Assembly (NCBI RefSeq): GCF_018350175.1
Contig: NC_058368.1
Location: forward strand, 29,824,001 to 29,888,000
Reading direction: 5' to 3'
DNA from: Felis catus
Lineage: Eukaryota
Length of the DNA: 64,000 bases
Made by a program: the position numbers and the translations under genes. Below are positions 11,492-24,972 of this stretch, piece by piece. Below the pieces are notes generated by a model. The model was not told where the DNA came from. It was given only the letters and a program-made list of their open reading frames with translations, and did not search any database. Within the stretch, counting starts at the first letter, position 1. Every line of letters starts with the position of its first letter.

Positions 11492-14400
11492 GTTATGCAT
11501 CCCTTTAGTGATGTCAGAGTTAATGTTTTGGGGTTACATCCATTAATGTCTCTTTTTACCAGGACTGGAGATGATTAGGAGCTCCTCTTTTTTTTTTTTT
11601 TCCCGAGGATTTCCTATTTATAACTTTCAGAGGGCTATTTTCTTCATCCCTTACCTTCCTTCTGCCTTACTACTTGCTCTCTGGATTTCATCTTCTCCCT
11701 TCAAATTGAGTCTGCAAGACCAGGGAAAGCCAGTTTCCATTATTTTCCAAGATTGAGTTTCTTTGGTCTCCAAAGTCTCTACTCTATTCTTTTATTAGCA
11801 TTTCTTTGCAAAACAGTCTGTTGGATTGTCTTGAGAAAACAATGTGCATTTACTAACCTTCTAGAGAAAATTATTATTTCTCCAAAAAGGAAGGGAAATA
11901 ATGAAAGTATGTTCAGTAAGTAACAGTAAGGAGAATAAAGGAGGAAAAAGGCAGGAGATTCAGAATCAAGGTCAATTTCCTCTGTTGTTGGATTGCAGCA
12001 AGCATTTAATGGTAATAAAATCTTTTTCCTGTATAATACATTTTATATTAAAACTGCAGCCATTTAAATGAGGGATTTTATGTCTGCACAGTCTTTATTG
12101 AGCATGAAGGCTTACGAAAATGCTTTTGTTTTTTTTTTTTTCCTTAAAATTTTCTTGAGGTTTGAAAAGCCACTATCTGCCTCCTGGGCTCATAGGAGTG
12201 AAGAGGCAGAGGTGGGGAGTGGCCACAGTGGCTCACACAGTTCTTTGCTTGTGCTGTTTAACCTCAGACCCCTGTTATTCTGGGCCTCTGTGTCTCCTGA
12301 ACAAATAGTAAATCTTTTCCGATAACGTGGCAGCTTTATGATGTGGATTCATGCCTATTTTCAGAGAAGCATGAGAGAGACTTTAATGCATTTTTCCCTC
12401 CTTTTACTGGTGATCTAGCCAGAGCCTGTGCCCGTTCAGCCCATCTCTGGTGCTGCAGTGGTCAGTATTCAAATGATCAGTCTTCTGGTTCCAGGACAAG
12501 AAGGGTTGACTCTGGTGTTATTTCATAGGTTGGCTTGAAATGGATTAAATCTTCTGTTGAAGGTTTATTGACTCATGTTTTCCCCAGGTCTTTGTCCTTT
12601 AATATCGGAAAATTTGTAATCTACTCCTGATCCTATGACAGCAAGATAAGACACCAAGACCTTGATAGGTCCCCCTTCTGTCAAGAATCACACAGGGTCA
12701 AAGTTTGCTAGACTCGTGTTATGGCTGTTCATTTCGGGCAGATTGGAAGCGGTTTCCCAGGTTCAAGGGCATGTTGACGTTAGCTATGCCAGAAGGAAAG
12801 TCAACTCACAGAGTAACTCCATTGTTTTCTTAGTCATTGCTGATATTCATGGGATGAGCTGTTGGATTGGACTATTCTTGGTCGTAAGTGTGGTGTAGAG
12901 GCCACAAAAACACTAAGCATATAGCTTATGAGTATTTGAACTATGCATTTGTGTAGGAAATTCTCTGCCAAGGGAAGTAGACTATTGTTGGTACGGATCT
13001 GACCTATAGCACGAGATGCCTCATAATCTATAAATATCTGCTCTTTGAGTTAGAATGAATTACTTGAAGACGGCAGGCTCCGCTCTTATATCTTAGATTG
13101 CCAGAACTGCATTTCCCATTGGATGGTTAATAGCACCTTTTAAAATCTGAATTTCCCCAGTACCTTGACCTGACCTGACTTCTTAGCCACAGCTTTAACT
13201 GTGCTTCAAAAATAGCCTTGAAGCCAGCATAGCTGAGGGACCATTTACTTAAACAACTATTTCGTGTTGCCTATAATGTCATGTAGATCTAAGTCTTTTC
13301 TGTATCTTTCCACTACAATGGCAGCATATGGTCTATTGTTACAATCAGATATTCTTGTGGGAAGTAAGAGGCCACGGGTGAATGGAGAGAATATTATTGT
13401 TGGGTCTAAAGCTGTTGTTTTGAGCCTTGAACTGAAGTGTCCTGCAGTTTTATTTTTAGAAAACTCTAACCTTTCAGGAAGGTTCGGCCAATATGCTCTG
13501 ATTTTTATTTTTGATAGTGTTGACTAATGTTTACTCTGGGCTCCTGAAAATTGGTTAGGAGGGCTTTGCGTGGAGGCGAAAATGTGGACAAATACTGTTA
13601 GTTTACTTAGTGCTAAAGGCATTGGCTGGTAGAGAAAGGAAATGACACAGTTCTGCAAGCCAAAAAATCATGATCTTTTTGCTTCTCAAGTACATATTCC
13701 TGAAAACCTTAGGAGAGGCCTATGAAACTTTAGAAAAAAGCAAAAGAAATAAGCAAAAGAGAAGTGAAGTTAGGTCAGAAACCCAAACTGCTAGGCCTAG
13801 AAGAGAATCACCTCATTAGAAGGAAACATTTTATTAAAGTAATGAATGTTTATTATATGGGACAGAATAAAGAATATGATCTCCCTGGGTAGACACACCA
13901 GCACACGCACCCTCGCTTGCACAAACACACGCACAAAGGAAAGAAGGAATGATAAAGCAGAAGCATGTCGGTGTGCTTTATAATTCTGGATTTGTTTTTC
14001 GAGTTTTGAATTAATTAGATACCATGTTGAATTCCAAATGCGATAATTAGGCAAATTAATGCTGCAGTGAAGTTATTAATGAGGCAAAATATGCTAATAT
14101 GCTTTTGATAAAGAGCTCTTCTTCTGCCTACCAAGAAATTGGCAAACATCTTTCATTTGGGGCCAGACAGCTTATCTCAAGTGATTTACTAAAAAGGTTC
14201 TCGGCCGTATGCTGTGAACAAATGTTGTAAATAGGGGTTAATGTCTAAATTTTTGATACGTGTAAGCCTCGATGTGGCACAGCAAGTCCCATGACACTTT
14301 CAGCCTGGCTTCTGAGCAGAGAGCCCAGAAAGGCCCAGGGCTCGCTGGTGCCCTTCAAGGCCTCTACGAATACAGCAGACCCCACCACTTGCTGGTGTGG

Positions 14401-14971
14401 CCCCAATTAACACAGTGGCCGCTAACCTGCCAACCTGCTGGTTTCTTTTCGGCAGACTTGGTGTCTCCTTTGGTTTTCAGATGTTCAAAACTCCTGGCCA
14501 AGAATCATTAGGGAGCCCATTTAGTGGTTTGAAAGTGACACAGCAGAATTTCTCTTTCCGATCTGAACTCTGCTATTCAGAGCTCGTCGTACATCAGGAG
14601 CCCTCCTGGGACTGGGGCGAGACACCATCCACCCAGGGGGAGCTGGCCATTAAAAGCAAAATTTATGGAAATACGAAAAGAACTTTCCCACGAGCATATC
14701 ATTATTTTAATCCTTTTAATCATACACTCCACCAGGGCACAGCTGTCTAATTTTGATTCATTCAGATATAATATTTGCTAAATGAGTTTCACTCTGCACC
14801 CCAGGTAGGACAGTTTTGACTGTTGTAAATCTGGGGACAGAGGGCTCTAAGGTGTGCTTAAGTGGGTCAGCCCAGTGGTCAGACCTTGGCTAGTGAGTGC
14901 TGTTGAGGTGTGTCCTATGGCAGGAAAGAGACCATTTATTAACTGTCAAGTGTTCACAGAAAGTGACTGGA

Positions 14972-15560
14972 TCAGTTAGGAATGGATCAGACTGTAAGTT
15001 ACAGAAAGCCTTACTGGCAGCTTTATCAGAAAATAAGTTTTGGGGTGCCTGGGTGGCTCAGTCGGTTGAGTCGGTCCGACTTTGGCTCAGGTTATGATCT
15101 CGTGGTCCTTGAGTTGGAGCCCCGCGTCGGGCTCTGGCCTGATGGCTCAGAGCCTGGAGCCTGTTTCAGATTCTGTGTCTCCCTCTCTCTCTGACCCTCC
15201 CCCGTTCATGCTCTGTCTCTCTCTGTCTCAAAAATAAATAAACGTTAAACAAAAAAAAAGAAAATGTTTATATTTCTCCCATGGAAAAGCAGACCAGGGT
15301 AGGTAGTCCACAGCTGAAACGCTTCTCAAGTATATCGTCAGGGTTCTTTCCACCTTGCCGTTGTATCATGTCTGTGGGCACAAGATGGCTGTTGCACCTC
15401 TAGGCATGACATCTGGGTTTCAGACAGGAAGAAGAGGGAAGGGTCAGCCAGTCTATTCCTTTTGAGAAGGTTTCCGGGAAGCCCTAGCCAACAACCTCTA
15501 CTTATATCTCATTGGTCAGAGTTGTGTCATGTGGCCAGCCCTAACCGGAAGGCCAGCCAA
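14972..15560 (-). mobile_element. MaLR LTR (MLT1J/K-like), interrupted by a CanSINE
   Basis: tcagttagga...ctgtaagttacagaaag...cacaagatggctgttgcacctctaggcat...cttatatctcattggtcagagttgtgtcatgtggcca. Confidence 0.7.
15042..15259 (+). mobile_element. CanSINE (young-looking SINEC_Fc)
   Basis: GGGGTGCCTGGGTGGCTCAGTCGGTTGAG...GAGCCCCGCGTCGGGCTCTG...CT tract, AAATAAATAAACGTTAAA tail; imperfect TSD agaaaat(aa)gttt. Confidence 0.97.
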
Positions 15561-18500
15561 TCAGCTAGCCAACAGTCTTCCTTACAATTCTTTTCTTGGG
15601 CACCATGATCCCGGGGGTGAGGTTGTATCCTCATTTGACTGCTAAGCCAGGTTGCTTACCTGAAAATGTGGCTGCTTACCTGTGAAAATTTCACATCCAG
15701 ATTTGGACAAATATGATGTGAAAGGGAAGTGCAGGTAATGAAGCCTGGGGAGAGCCCCAGGCTGAAGGCAGTGTGGTGCCAGAATAAACCTGCACACTTT
15801 AGGCTGAGCTACATGACTGCACAGATGACTTTCACCTCTCTGACCCTTAGAGAACATTCTGGGGTCCTTGTTAGGAAGTAATTGGGATAACGCATAAAAA
15901 GTATGTGGCGTATTCAGCTTGTTTATAAATGGTAGCTTTTCAGGTGGTGAATTTGTTCCATGTTTATTCATAATAAGCTGACATGTAATAGACATGTGAT
16001 GGGGGAGAAATGGTTACACATAATCCTTTACCTTCTAAGGGACTGGGTTCTGGCAGGTGGAGGGGCCTTTTTGCTAAATGAATTGATAATCAGGAGGCTG
16101 TAAATTTAAATTGATAAAGTCTACATGTAAACGGTGGAGAGACTACGAAAGTGGGAAGGGAAAGAGTAGGAATGAAGGCTGGGAGACAGGAAGGCCGAAT
16201 GTGGGATGGGGTGGCGGGGGTGGGAGAAAGGAGACCCAGCAGTTCTAAGGTGGGGAGGGAGGCCTGAGAAGGGATGTCTAGTGTGGATTTGGGACATGAA
16301 GTTGTGCATTGTGTGATGTAAAGCCTTCCTCTGATTCACCTGTAGAAACTTCCGGAAAATGTGCCTGACTAGTACTTTGGAGTGAGGGAGTCTTTTGGTG
16401 AATGTGAAGAAAAACTGAGCCTTGCCTTAAGGTTGGTGAAGTTACAGCTGACATAGAGTTTCTAGAATGTTTGTTTCACACGGTCCCACTACTAAGCATT
16501 AGGTTTAAAGGTGACAGACCACACAAAACATATGTGGAGGGGACTCATGTGAATTCAGCGTTAGGTTCTCCAAGAAGCAGAACATGGCAGTTTAGGTTGT
16601 GGGTGAAGTTTTCCTTTCATCTCACTCGTGAGAGTACGCCCTGAAGGAAGATGGGAAGACTGGGCTCCACGCTTTCCTTACGAGGAGGTCTTCGTTCCCT
16701 TGTGTGACTGAATTATAATGTAACATGCTTGTGCTTTTAGCAGTAGAAAATTAAAAAACTTATTTTTATTTTTTTTGGCATAACACACTTCTAAACAAAA
16801 GCCAAAACTATATTTGGTGCTTGATTGGAAAATACGAACCAGCAATCTGTTTCAAAGCTGGAAGAAAAGCTGGCTGCGTTAAATGTACTGAATAGTGGCA
16901 CAGTATACTTTATGAGTAAATCAAGAGATTTTCGAGCATAGTTATGAATATGCTTGGTTTTCACCTCATGGGTCAACTTTAAAACTTACCCCGTGAGTAA
17001 AACGTGACTCCACGGGGAGCACAAATACCCAGCAGGTACAAATCATAGACCAGAAACTCACTTCTTTAAGAAATGTGGCTTACTTTGTTTCCCCCATCAC
17101 GGCAGATTTTCCAATTTGAATCTCTAGAGGACCAAGAGGTAGAAACTAAGTCTCAATTAGTTCAGAGTCTCCTCTCCCTTTTCTGGGACTGGGTCTAAGT
17201 TTGAGCTGGTAGGTAAAAGGGTTTTGTGTCACGTTGCAGGAGTGGAAGGGGCATCTGGTTCTCGGTTGTCATCTGCCCACACACCTGCTAGGACCCTCCT
17301 TCGAACGTGGTAACCAGTCATTTGTCCAGCTGGGTCACTCTTGGGAATTCAGTCCCGGCCATATTCTTTCCTAGTCTGGTTCTCTCTACGTTTCTCTCCA
17401 CCTCTCCTGATACTGAGTGTTAAGTGTTTCTCCCCGGTTACTCTGGGGCTGAAGGGAACTCACAAAGCTGACCAAGACCTTCTACCTTCACACCTACATG
17501 GCATGTTTTTTCTAACGCTCCTATCCTCTGCAGGCTGTGGGGACTCAGTGATCTTCCTAGATCTTTGGGCTCTCCTAGCAAGAAGCTGGGTGCTGGGCTC
17601 TTTTGGGATGCCTGGCATGATTTGGGCAGGGGCAGGGGACAGAGGCCTTCTCAGAGGTGCAGAAACTTCTCACCTTTTGACCCTTCTTTTCCCTTTCCCC
17701 TCCCTGGAGCACACCTTATCTGACTCTCCAGAATGGGAAAGACTGGCTCTAACTGATCATATTTTATTCCAAATCTTTTATTTATGCCCCAAGTCCTAGC
17801 CTTTTGAAACTTAAAACCTTTTTTTTCCTCCAACTATTGCTCTCATTTTCTTCTGTGTCAGGCCTTCCCTGAGGAAACAAAACCAGAATTCTCACCTGCC
17901 TTGTGTGGCAAAAGAGTATGGGTATTGGAAATAAGGTTAATGTTTCAAATGATTACCTGCGACTGACTAATATTCAGTATAAAGAACCAGAAGTGCTTTG
18001 CCAAGGTCCCTGAGTGTATCCCTCTGCCTTCCTGCCTGCCCACTACCTTGGCTCCTGCTCATATGAACCTCTCAGAGGACTGATCAGACATGCACTTCTT
18101 GAGGGCAAGAGGCAGACATTTTCTTCCTCTCACAAAATGGTAGAAGGCTTCACTCGAGAGATTCACAATGGCGCCCTGCCCATCTATAGGTGGGGGAGGC
18201 CACACTTCTTAGTTATGGGCTGCTGATAGTTTTTTTATGTGTATTGAAAACACCAAGGGCCAGACATTTAGCATCTTAGGTAGATGCAATAATTTAGTTA
18301 AAAACTTTAGTGTGAACCTGGTCAAGCTAACTGTGAAAGATGCCATGTTTTCCTCTCAGAGCCTGGTGAACTCTGGGAAAACCTTTCAGGGCTGGGGAAT
18401 AATTGAAATGTGTCATGGAAAGATACACATTTGTTAACGGTCTGCAAGAGGTGAAGGGGTTTAGTGGAGTGAACAGCGGGAGTACCCAAGAAAGCATGTA

Positions 18501-18602
18501 CCAGTGTTATAACTGGGACATAAATGAGAGGATTTGGCAGCCACGGGATGTCCCCAGTCACTCAAATTCGCTGTGTCAAAGAAAATCAAGTCCACAGGAA
18601 CT

Positions 18603-19610
18603 TTTTAATTTTGATTTTTTTATTGTGGCAAAATATACATCACATAAAATGTATTACTTAAACAATTTTAAGTGCCTATTTCGATGGCATTAAATATATT
18701 CACATTGCTGTGTAACCATCCCCACTATCCATCTCCAGAACTCTTTCATTAGCTCATATTGAAACTTGGTACCCATTAAAAATAATTCCCCATTTTGGGG
18801 TGCCTGGTTGGTTCAGTTGGTAGAGCACGTGACTCTTCATCTCAGGGTTGTGAGTCTGAGTCTCACACTGGGTGTAGAGATTACTTAAAAAAGCAAAAAC
18901 AAAAACAAACAACTCCCCATTCCTGCTTTTCCCCAGCCAGCCCATCATAGACTCTGTTCTAGATTCTGTCTGTATGAATTTGACCATTTTAGGTACTCCT
19001 GTGAGTGGAGTCATACAACAACCATCCCTTTGTGTCTGGTTTATTTCACTTAGCATAATATTTCAAGGTTCATCCATGTTGTAGCATGTCTCAGAATTTC
19101 CTTCCTTTTTAAGGTACCTACTATAGCACATTTTGTTTATCCATTCATTTGTTGATGGACATTTGGGTCGTTTCCACTTTGGGCTATTGTGAATAATGCT
19201 ACTCACAGTATGGGTATACAAATATCTGCTCATGTCCCTGCTTTCAATTCTTTTGAGTATATACTTAGAAGTTGAATCATTGCCTCGTATGTTACTTTTC
19301 TGTGCAAATACTTAATGATCCAACATAGTGTTTTCCACAGTGGCTAGAGCATGTTATATTCTCAGAAACAGTGTGCAAGTGTTCCCATATCTCCACATGC
19401 TTGCCAACACTTGTTATTTTATAATGGCTATGCTAATTGGTGTGAAGTGTTATCTCGCTGTGATTTTGCTTAGCAATTCCCTAGTGATTAGTGATGTTGA
19501 GCTATTTCATGTGTTTATTGGCCATTCGTTTGTCTTCTTTGGAGAAATGGCTAGTGGAGTCCTTTGCCCACTTTTTAAAATTGGGTTGTTTGTGTTTTTT
19601 GTTGTTGAGT
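18603..19610 (-). mobile_element. L1MB-like 3' fragment (end of ORF2 plus 3'UTR), interrupted by a short SINE
   Basis: Antisense L1 3' end motifs (cacttagcataatatttcaaggttcatccatgttgtagc; gatggacatttgggtcgtttcc). Peptide KKWAKDSTSHFSKEDKRMANKHMK matches the ORF2 C-terminal region. Confidence 0.9.
18797..18906 (+). mobile_element. Short tRNA-Lys-like carnivore SINE lacking the CT tract
   Basis: GGGGTGCCTGGTTGGTTCAGTTGGTAGAGCACGTGACTCTTCATCTCAGGGTTGTGAGTCTGAGTCTCACACTGGGTGTAGAGATTACTTAAAAAA; imperfect TSD aaataattccccatt / aaacaactccccatt. Confidence 0.88.
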
Positions 19611-19989
19611 AGACCTTGGGAACTTTTATTTCCATCCCCCTCTCTTGTCCTTAACGCAATGCTGTCATAGGTTATGTTTATCAGAGGAAAGGGGTAATTT
19701 AAGAGGATTGGAGGAGTCCAGGAAGACAGAACACCAAGGTCCTCTCTCATTGCACAGGATTATAGCCAACCTCCTAAGTGTATGAGGCCCTTCACAACCT
19801 GGCCCCACCTGCCTGTCCAGTCTGCTTCTCTGTCCCTGACCAGCCCAGCGCTCTGGTGTATTCATTTATCTGCATTTTACAAATGCCTGGCTAACTTTGA
19901 CATCTCCAAACCTTTGTAGAACTCAGGCCTTACCTACCCTGTGAGAGCTCTCCTGATCTACCTCATTTGTGCTACTGTACATCACTTGC

Positions 19990-20190
19990 TTACTTAGTCA
20001 TTCAAGAAATAGTCATTGAGCACATGCTTGTTGGCAGGTACCAAGCACTGTGCCAGATACTGGGGACTCAACAGTGAATTAAACAGCTTCTACTTTCAAG
20101 GAATTCACTCATTGTCTAGTGGGGAATTGGGTAAGTTATCTGTCAATTACAATTCATTGTAAATAAACACCAAAATGGAAGTAAAGAGAG
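19990..20190 (-). mobile_element. L2 3' fragment
   Basis: cattcaagaaatagtcattgagcac...caagcactgtgccagatactggggactcaacagtgaa. Confidence 0.7.
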
Positions 20191-21914
20191 TGAGGAAGCT
20201 TATCTTCCTGAGCTGAGAGCTGGGTTAGTATTTACATGCTGTTGCGAATGTTCCCGTATTCTGTACATTAAATGTGAGCTTATAATTTATTATTTTTAGT
20301 TTTATACCCCTTAACAGAATCATTTGTAAACAGCTATTGCCTTCCATAATGCACATCTTCTCCTCACAAAGAGGAGTATTCCAATTAGGAGGTGTTTTTT
20401 CTCACCCTGGGATATTTGAAGGCCATCTGAAGGTTGTAATTCAGACTGTGTGTATTCAGGCAGGCCTGTAGGGGGGCATCTGGAGGCTCGCAGGCCTCAC
20501 CCCTCCCTGACCGAGCTTACAGGGTGTGTAAGTGTTTGTGTGCGGATGAATGTGAAGAGTTATGGACAATCCATCATCAGTCCTGGCCTCATGCCCAGTG
20601 TGGCAGAGAATAGGAGTTCAGTAAATGCTTCTGGTATTATTGGACTCCATGTATCACGGAGGATAATTTATCTCATTTACCAGCAATGCATCCACAGTCC
20701 AGGGCAGGAGGGAGTAGGGTATTTCTAAAGGTGAGTCATGATAGTGAATTTGATTCAGAAGAAGCACATGGTGAACTATTTGTTTTTTGCTTTTTTGAGA
20801 AATGGGTTGCTTATCTGGGCTTTGGTAGTTCTAGAGAGAGGCAAAATGGGCCCTCCTGAAAAAGTAAAGGCAGAAGCAGGAAAGCAGGTAGAGACAAGCC
20901 GAAGAGGCCAGACAGCCAGTTAGGAGAGATTTGCACTTGAATGCAAGGTTTAACTAGGGAGCAGGGAAGGGACACTTCTGGGGATTACTGAGGAAGAAGA
21001 ATCAACATAATATGGATTTTGAGGGGTAGCAAATGGAAAAAAAATAAAAAGGATTTAAGATATTGGTTTTAGGATTTAGAATGGAGGATTTAATTTGGAA
21101 GATAAGGGATTTACGCTTAGATATAGTGACAATTAAGCATTGAATACACGCAGTCGGCATTGCAACCTTCAGATGGCCCTCAAACATCCCAGCGTGAGAA
21201 CAGCCACCTCCTAATTGGAATACTCCGCTTTGTGAGGAGAGGACGTGCATTACGGAAGCCCATGACTGTAGATAAATGACTGTGTTTAGGGCAAAACTCT
21301 CCTTTTAGCTCAAATCTGTTACTTAAAAGATTATTTATTCACAAGTTTGAAATAGCTCCTTCCCTCCCTCTGTCAGGGCTCATGCTGCCTTGCCATCATC
21401 AGTTCCACTAGGCAGGATGAGAGGCCTAAAATCAAAGAGCGCAGGAAGCCATCAGCCCGTTGAGCAAGTGATAAATCATCCCTAAATGCATATTGAACAG
21501 GGATTTGTGAGATCTCTTAAAACACAAACAAAACTCCTGTTGGGTCTGTCCTTGCTGGTGCCTGAGCAGGAGCACTTGTAGGGAGTCAACAGGAGGCTTG
21601 CAGGCCCAGTCACCCCCGGACCGGGCTTAGCAGGTGTGGGTGTTTATGGGCAGATGGTCACCAGGAGTTAGGGAAAGCCTGCTGCTGTCCCAGAAGAGCA
21701 CGTGTTTCATGGATGCTGGGTCCCCTGGGTGCTGGCCCACGGGGACGTGAGCCCATTTCTGTGAATGAAGGGTGGGCGCACAGCCTTGCCAATGGGTCTC
21801 TTTGTGTGATAGTCAATTTTGGCACCTCCTTCTCCCATCCTTGCAGCTTGTGGTTGGCCCAGGTCTCTTTTCCCTGCAAAAGCCACTTGGCTGGGCCCCA
21901 GTGGGAGAGAAAGA

Positions 21915-22120
21915 TCTGGATAAAATCCTGGATCTGCCTCTAAGTAGTTGTGACATTTTGGGCAAGTACTCAAATCTCTGCTTTGGTTTTCTTATTTGTA
22001 AAAGCGAGTGAGCAATACATCCCCTCAGAGCATCATTTGGAGGAATAAATAGGGATATTTTTATAAAATGTTTGGTACAATGTACTGCCCTCAGTGACTG
22101 GCACACAGTGGGTGATTTAC
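21915..22120 (+). mobile_element. MIR
   Basis: aaatcctggatctgcctctaagtagttgtgacattttgggcaagtactcaaatctctg...ttttcttatttgtaaaa. Confidence 0.75.
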
Positions 22121-22169
22121 AAAGAAAAGGGCAGTATTAACTTACTAATAATGATAGTGATGTCACACT

Positions 22170-22272
22170 CGCCCTCCCCTTCTTCCCTCCCCTTCCATTC
22201 TTTCCTCTCCCCTCCCCTTCCCTTCCCTTCCCTCCCTCCTTCCCTTTTTTCTTCTTCCTTTTTTCCCCTTTC
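22170..22272. repeat. Polypyrimidine (CCTT/CCCT)n low-complexity tract
   Basis: Almost entirely C/T on the + strand. Confidence 0.85.
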
Positions 22273-23884
22273 ATTAAAATTGCCAGATAGTGGAAGTTTT
22301 AACCTCAACCATTTCAGGGTCTTAGCTCACCCGAATCCTTGGGGGAGATCTGGTCACTGGTCCAGGTCATCTCTTGCCTCCTTCCCCTTCTATATTCCCA
22401 TCAGCCTTCTGGGCTTCTGTCAGTGAACATGGAGGCCATATTTTCTCCTCTGACCTGCAAGGTCTTTCCAGATCTGCCTTTTACTTGGTTATTTCTGCTC
22501 TTTTCTTGCACACTTGGAAGATCTGGCTGTCCCTCACATCACGCTAGGAGCGCTGAAAACTCTTCCAGGCCCGGCTGCCTACAGTTCCCACCCAGCCATC
22601 CCAGGCCACTGCTCCACTGGATTGGCTTCCTGTTGGAAAGCTCTTAAATCTGCAGAATCCCTGTGGGGTCTTTATTGTGCTCTTCCTGCCAGTGCTTGCC
22701 TGGGAGTGTGGTGGGGTACCCCCCAGTGTCTAGTGACCTTTAGCTCCCCTTTACACATTTTCTGTATGAGCCCCTTAGGACAATGGCTTTCTCCTAAGCT
22801 TTTGGAATGCAAAAGTCTCTGCCTTAAACTCGGCTGTGAGTCTCAAATTTGAAGCTCTCAAATTAAGAATAGACTTTTTCTTTCTCTGAGTATTTCTGCT
22901 GTGCCGTCCCTTTCCTGAGGCATTAAGAGCTGGATTCGGAAGTGTTTGCCTGAGGAGAGAGGGGTGGGTAGAGGGGATGAGGGTGTTGCAGGGCACGGGA
23001 ACCTTGGTTAAAATCTGAAAATATTTTCCTGCTACATTGCTATGATTATATCCATCCTCCATACAGTTTCATCCCCGTGGGGCTGAGCTGCAGATTGATT
23101 TGCTTCAGTGTGGGAGCATTTGAGGATGATCTGTTTTGACCTGTTGTTGGCAAAGTAAAAAAAAAAAAAATAATAAAGCAGCAGATAGTGAAACCAAGAA
23201 GAAAGTCAGACCCAACTCCTGGTCTGTAAAGCGTCAGTTTAGTGTGGAGCTAAAGGCAGCTCTGGCCTTATCCTACTTTTCAGTCTCCCAAAGGTCATGC
23301 CACTTTTCTTGATCTGTTTTCCTATTTCCTTGTTCCACAGTCCATCACTGGATACTCTGCTGCCTAGGCAACAGCATTCAGGGCAGCTCTTGACTCTCAG
23401 TGTTACTGGAGACTATTTCAACCTCCATGCGTGCAGCATTTTGTGCAATCTGGGGTGTATTCATAGTCTTCTTATTGTTGGTGCACAGCCTTGTGCTGAC
23501 TCAGTGAAGCGGTTCAGCCCATTTGTGTGTCTTCTTGGGTAGGGGATCTGAGAGGAAAGAGTTATCTACATTTCAAAGATGGCATCGTCACCACCATGTT
23601 CAGGTGACCATACTGATGCCGGTGGCATCTCACTGCATCTCCTTGACTGTAAGTGTCCGATCAATCAATGTCTTTTTGAAATGTGCCACATTGTCAGCTG
23701 GGCACTTGGGACAATGGTGTTGACTTTCACCTGCTTAGCAACCACAGGAGAAACACAGGGAACAACATTCATACGTCTGCACAGGATTCACCAGCTATGC
23801 TAAAACAGGGTTTATAGACTTGAATGATGGAATCAACACCAAAGAGTTCACCATCACCACCACCCCTGCAACCACCACCACCAG

Positions 23885-24115
23885 TAACAATAGCCGACAT
23901 TCATGGACAAACGTTTTGTGCCTGGTACTGTGCTAGGCTCTACACGCTTCCCCCAGTTTAAGTTTCCCAGCAAACCCACAAGGCAGGCACTGTTCTCCCA
24001 CTTTACAAATAAGAGGGTAAGTTTAGAGATATTCAATGACTTGTCCCTGGTCACAGGGAGAGCAACTGGGGTCAGAATTTGAACCCAGAACAGTCTGACC
24101 TCAGAGCCCTAGCCC
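23885..24115 (-). mobile_element. MIR
   Basis: tgtgcctggtactgtgctaggctc...cccactttacaaataagagg...gacttgtccctggtcacag...atttgaacccagaacagtctgacc. Confidence 0.8.
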
Positions 24116-24399
24116 TTCTTCATGCTGAGCATCTTATTGGCATCTCTGAATTCACTAGCATTGGCCCATGCCTAAACCGGTAGGTACACAATCACGTTTA
24201 GAAGGAAATGACTGATTACTTGTGTTAGAACTTAGTGCTTTGTATTCTGAAGCATTACCTTTCACCAAGGTAATGAAGTGAAGTTACATAGTAGGCATAC
24301 ATTCTCCCTCTTCAGCATTCCAGGAACCATCAATTCTCCCTCGAGCTCACTCCCATGTCTCCACGCTACCTTCACTTCCCACGTCAGCTCACCACCACC

Positions 24400-24972
24400 T
24401 TATATCCACGGAGACAGCTTCCCAACTTGCCTCCCCGATGCTTGTCTTGTTTTCCTCAAATCCATACTCTACACAGATGCCAATGTCATCTTTCTAATCT
24501 GCCAATCTGCTCACAACCCTTTGGAGATTGCTCACGTGTTAGAACAGAGTTTGACTATTTCAGATGGCCTTTGAGGCCCGTGATGACCTGGTGCCTTCTG
24601 CTTCTAAGGCCTCATTTTTCTCCACTCCCCAGTTCCTGGCTTTGCACCTTGTGCACACCATCTTTTACCTACCTCACACGCTGCTCTCCTGTGCCATTTA
24701 CCCGGCCAGCTTCTGCTTATCCCTCCCAGCTCAGTTTGTATGTCGTTTCTCCAGGCAGCCTTTCTGGATCCCAGAGCCTGGTAGGAGCCCCCTTCTGTGT
24801 GCTCCCACAGTGCCCCACGCTTCCTGAATCTGAGCGCTCAGCACCCCATTATGCTACCCTCGTGTCACCCTCCTTCCCCACCAGACAGAAGCTCTATCCA
24901 GCATTAGCCACAGTGGCCAGCTCCAGGCCTGGCATCTAGTCAGCACTTAACAAATATCTGGTGAATAAATGG
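24400..24972 (+). mobile_element. L2 (L2a-like) 3' fragment
   Basis: Ends ggcctggcatctagtcagcacttaacaaatatctggtgaataaat; C/T-rich body typical of L2. Confidence 0.72.

Noticed and set aside
18797..18875. Possible tRNA-Lys gene
   Set aside because: Degenerate B box, SINE-type 5' end, A-rich tail and TSD inside an L1 indicate a retroposed SINE.
20995..21200. Possible ancient CR1-like fragment
   Set aside because: Similarity too weak to call by eye.
24355..24939. 194-aa plus-strand ORF
   Set aside because: Lies within a degenerate C/T-rich L2 remnant; no protein similarity recognised.
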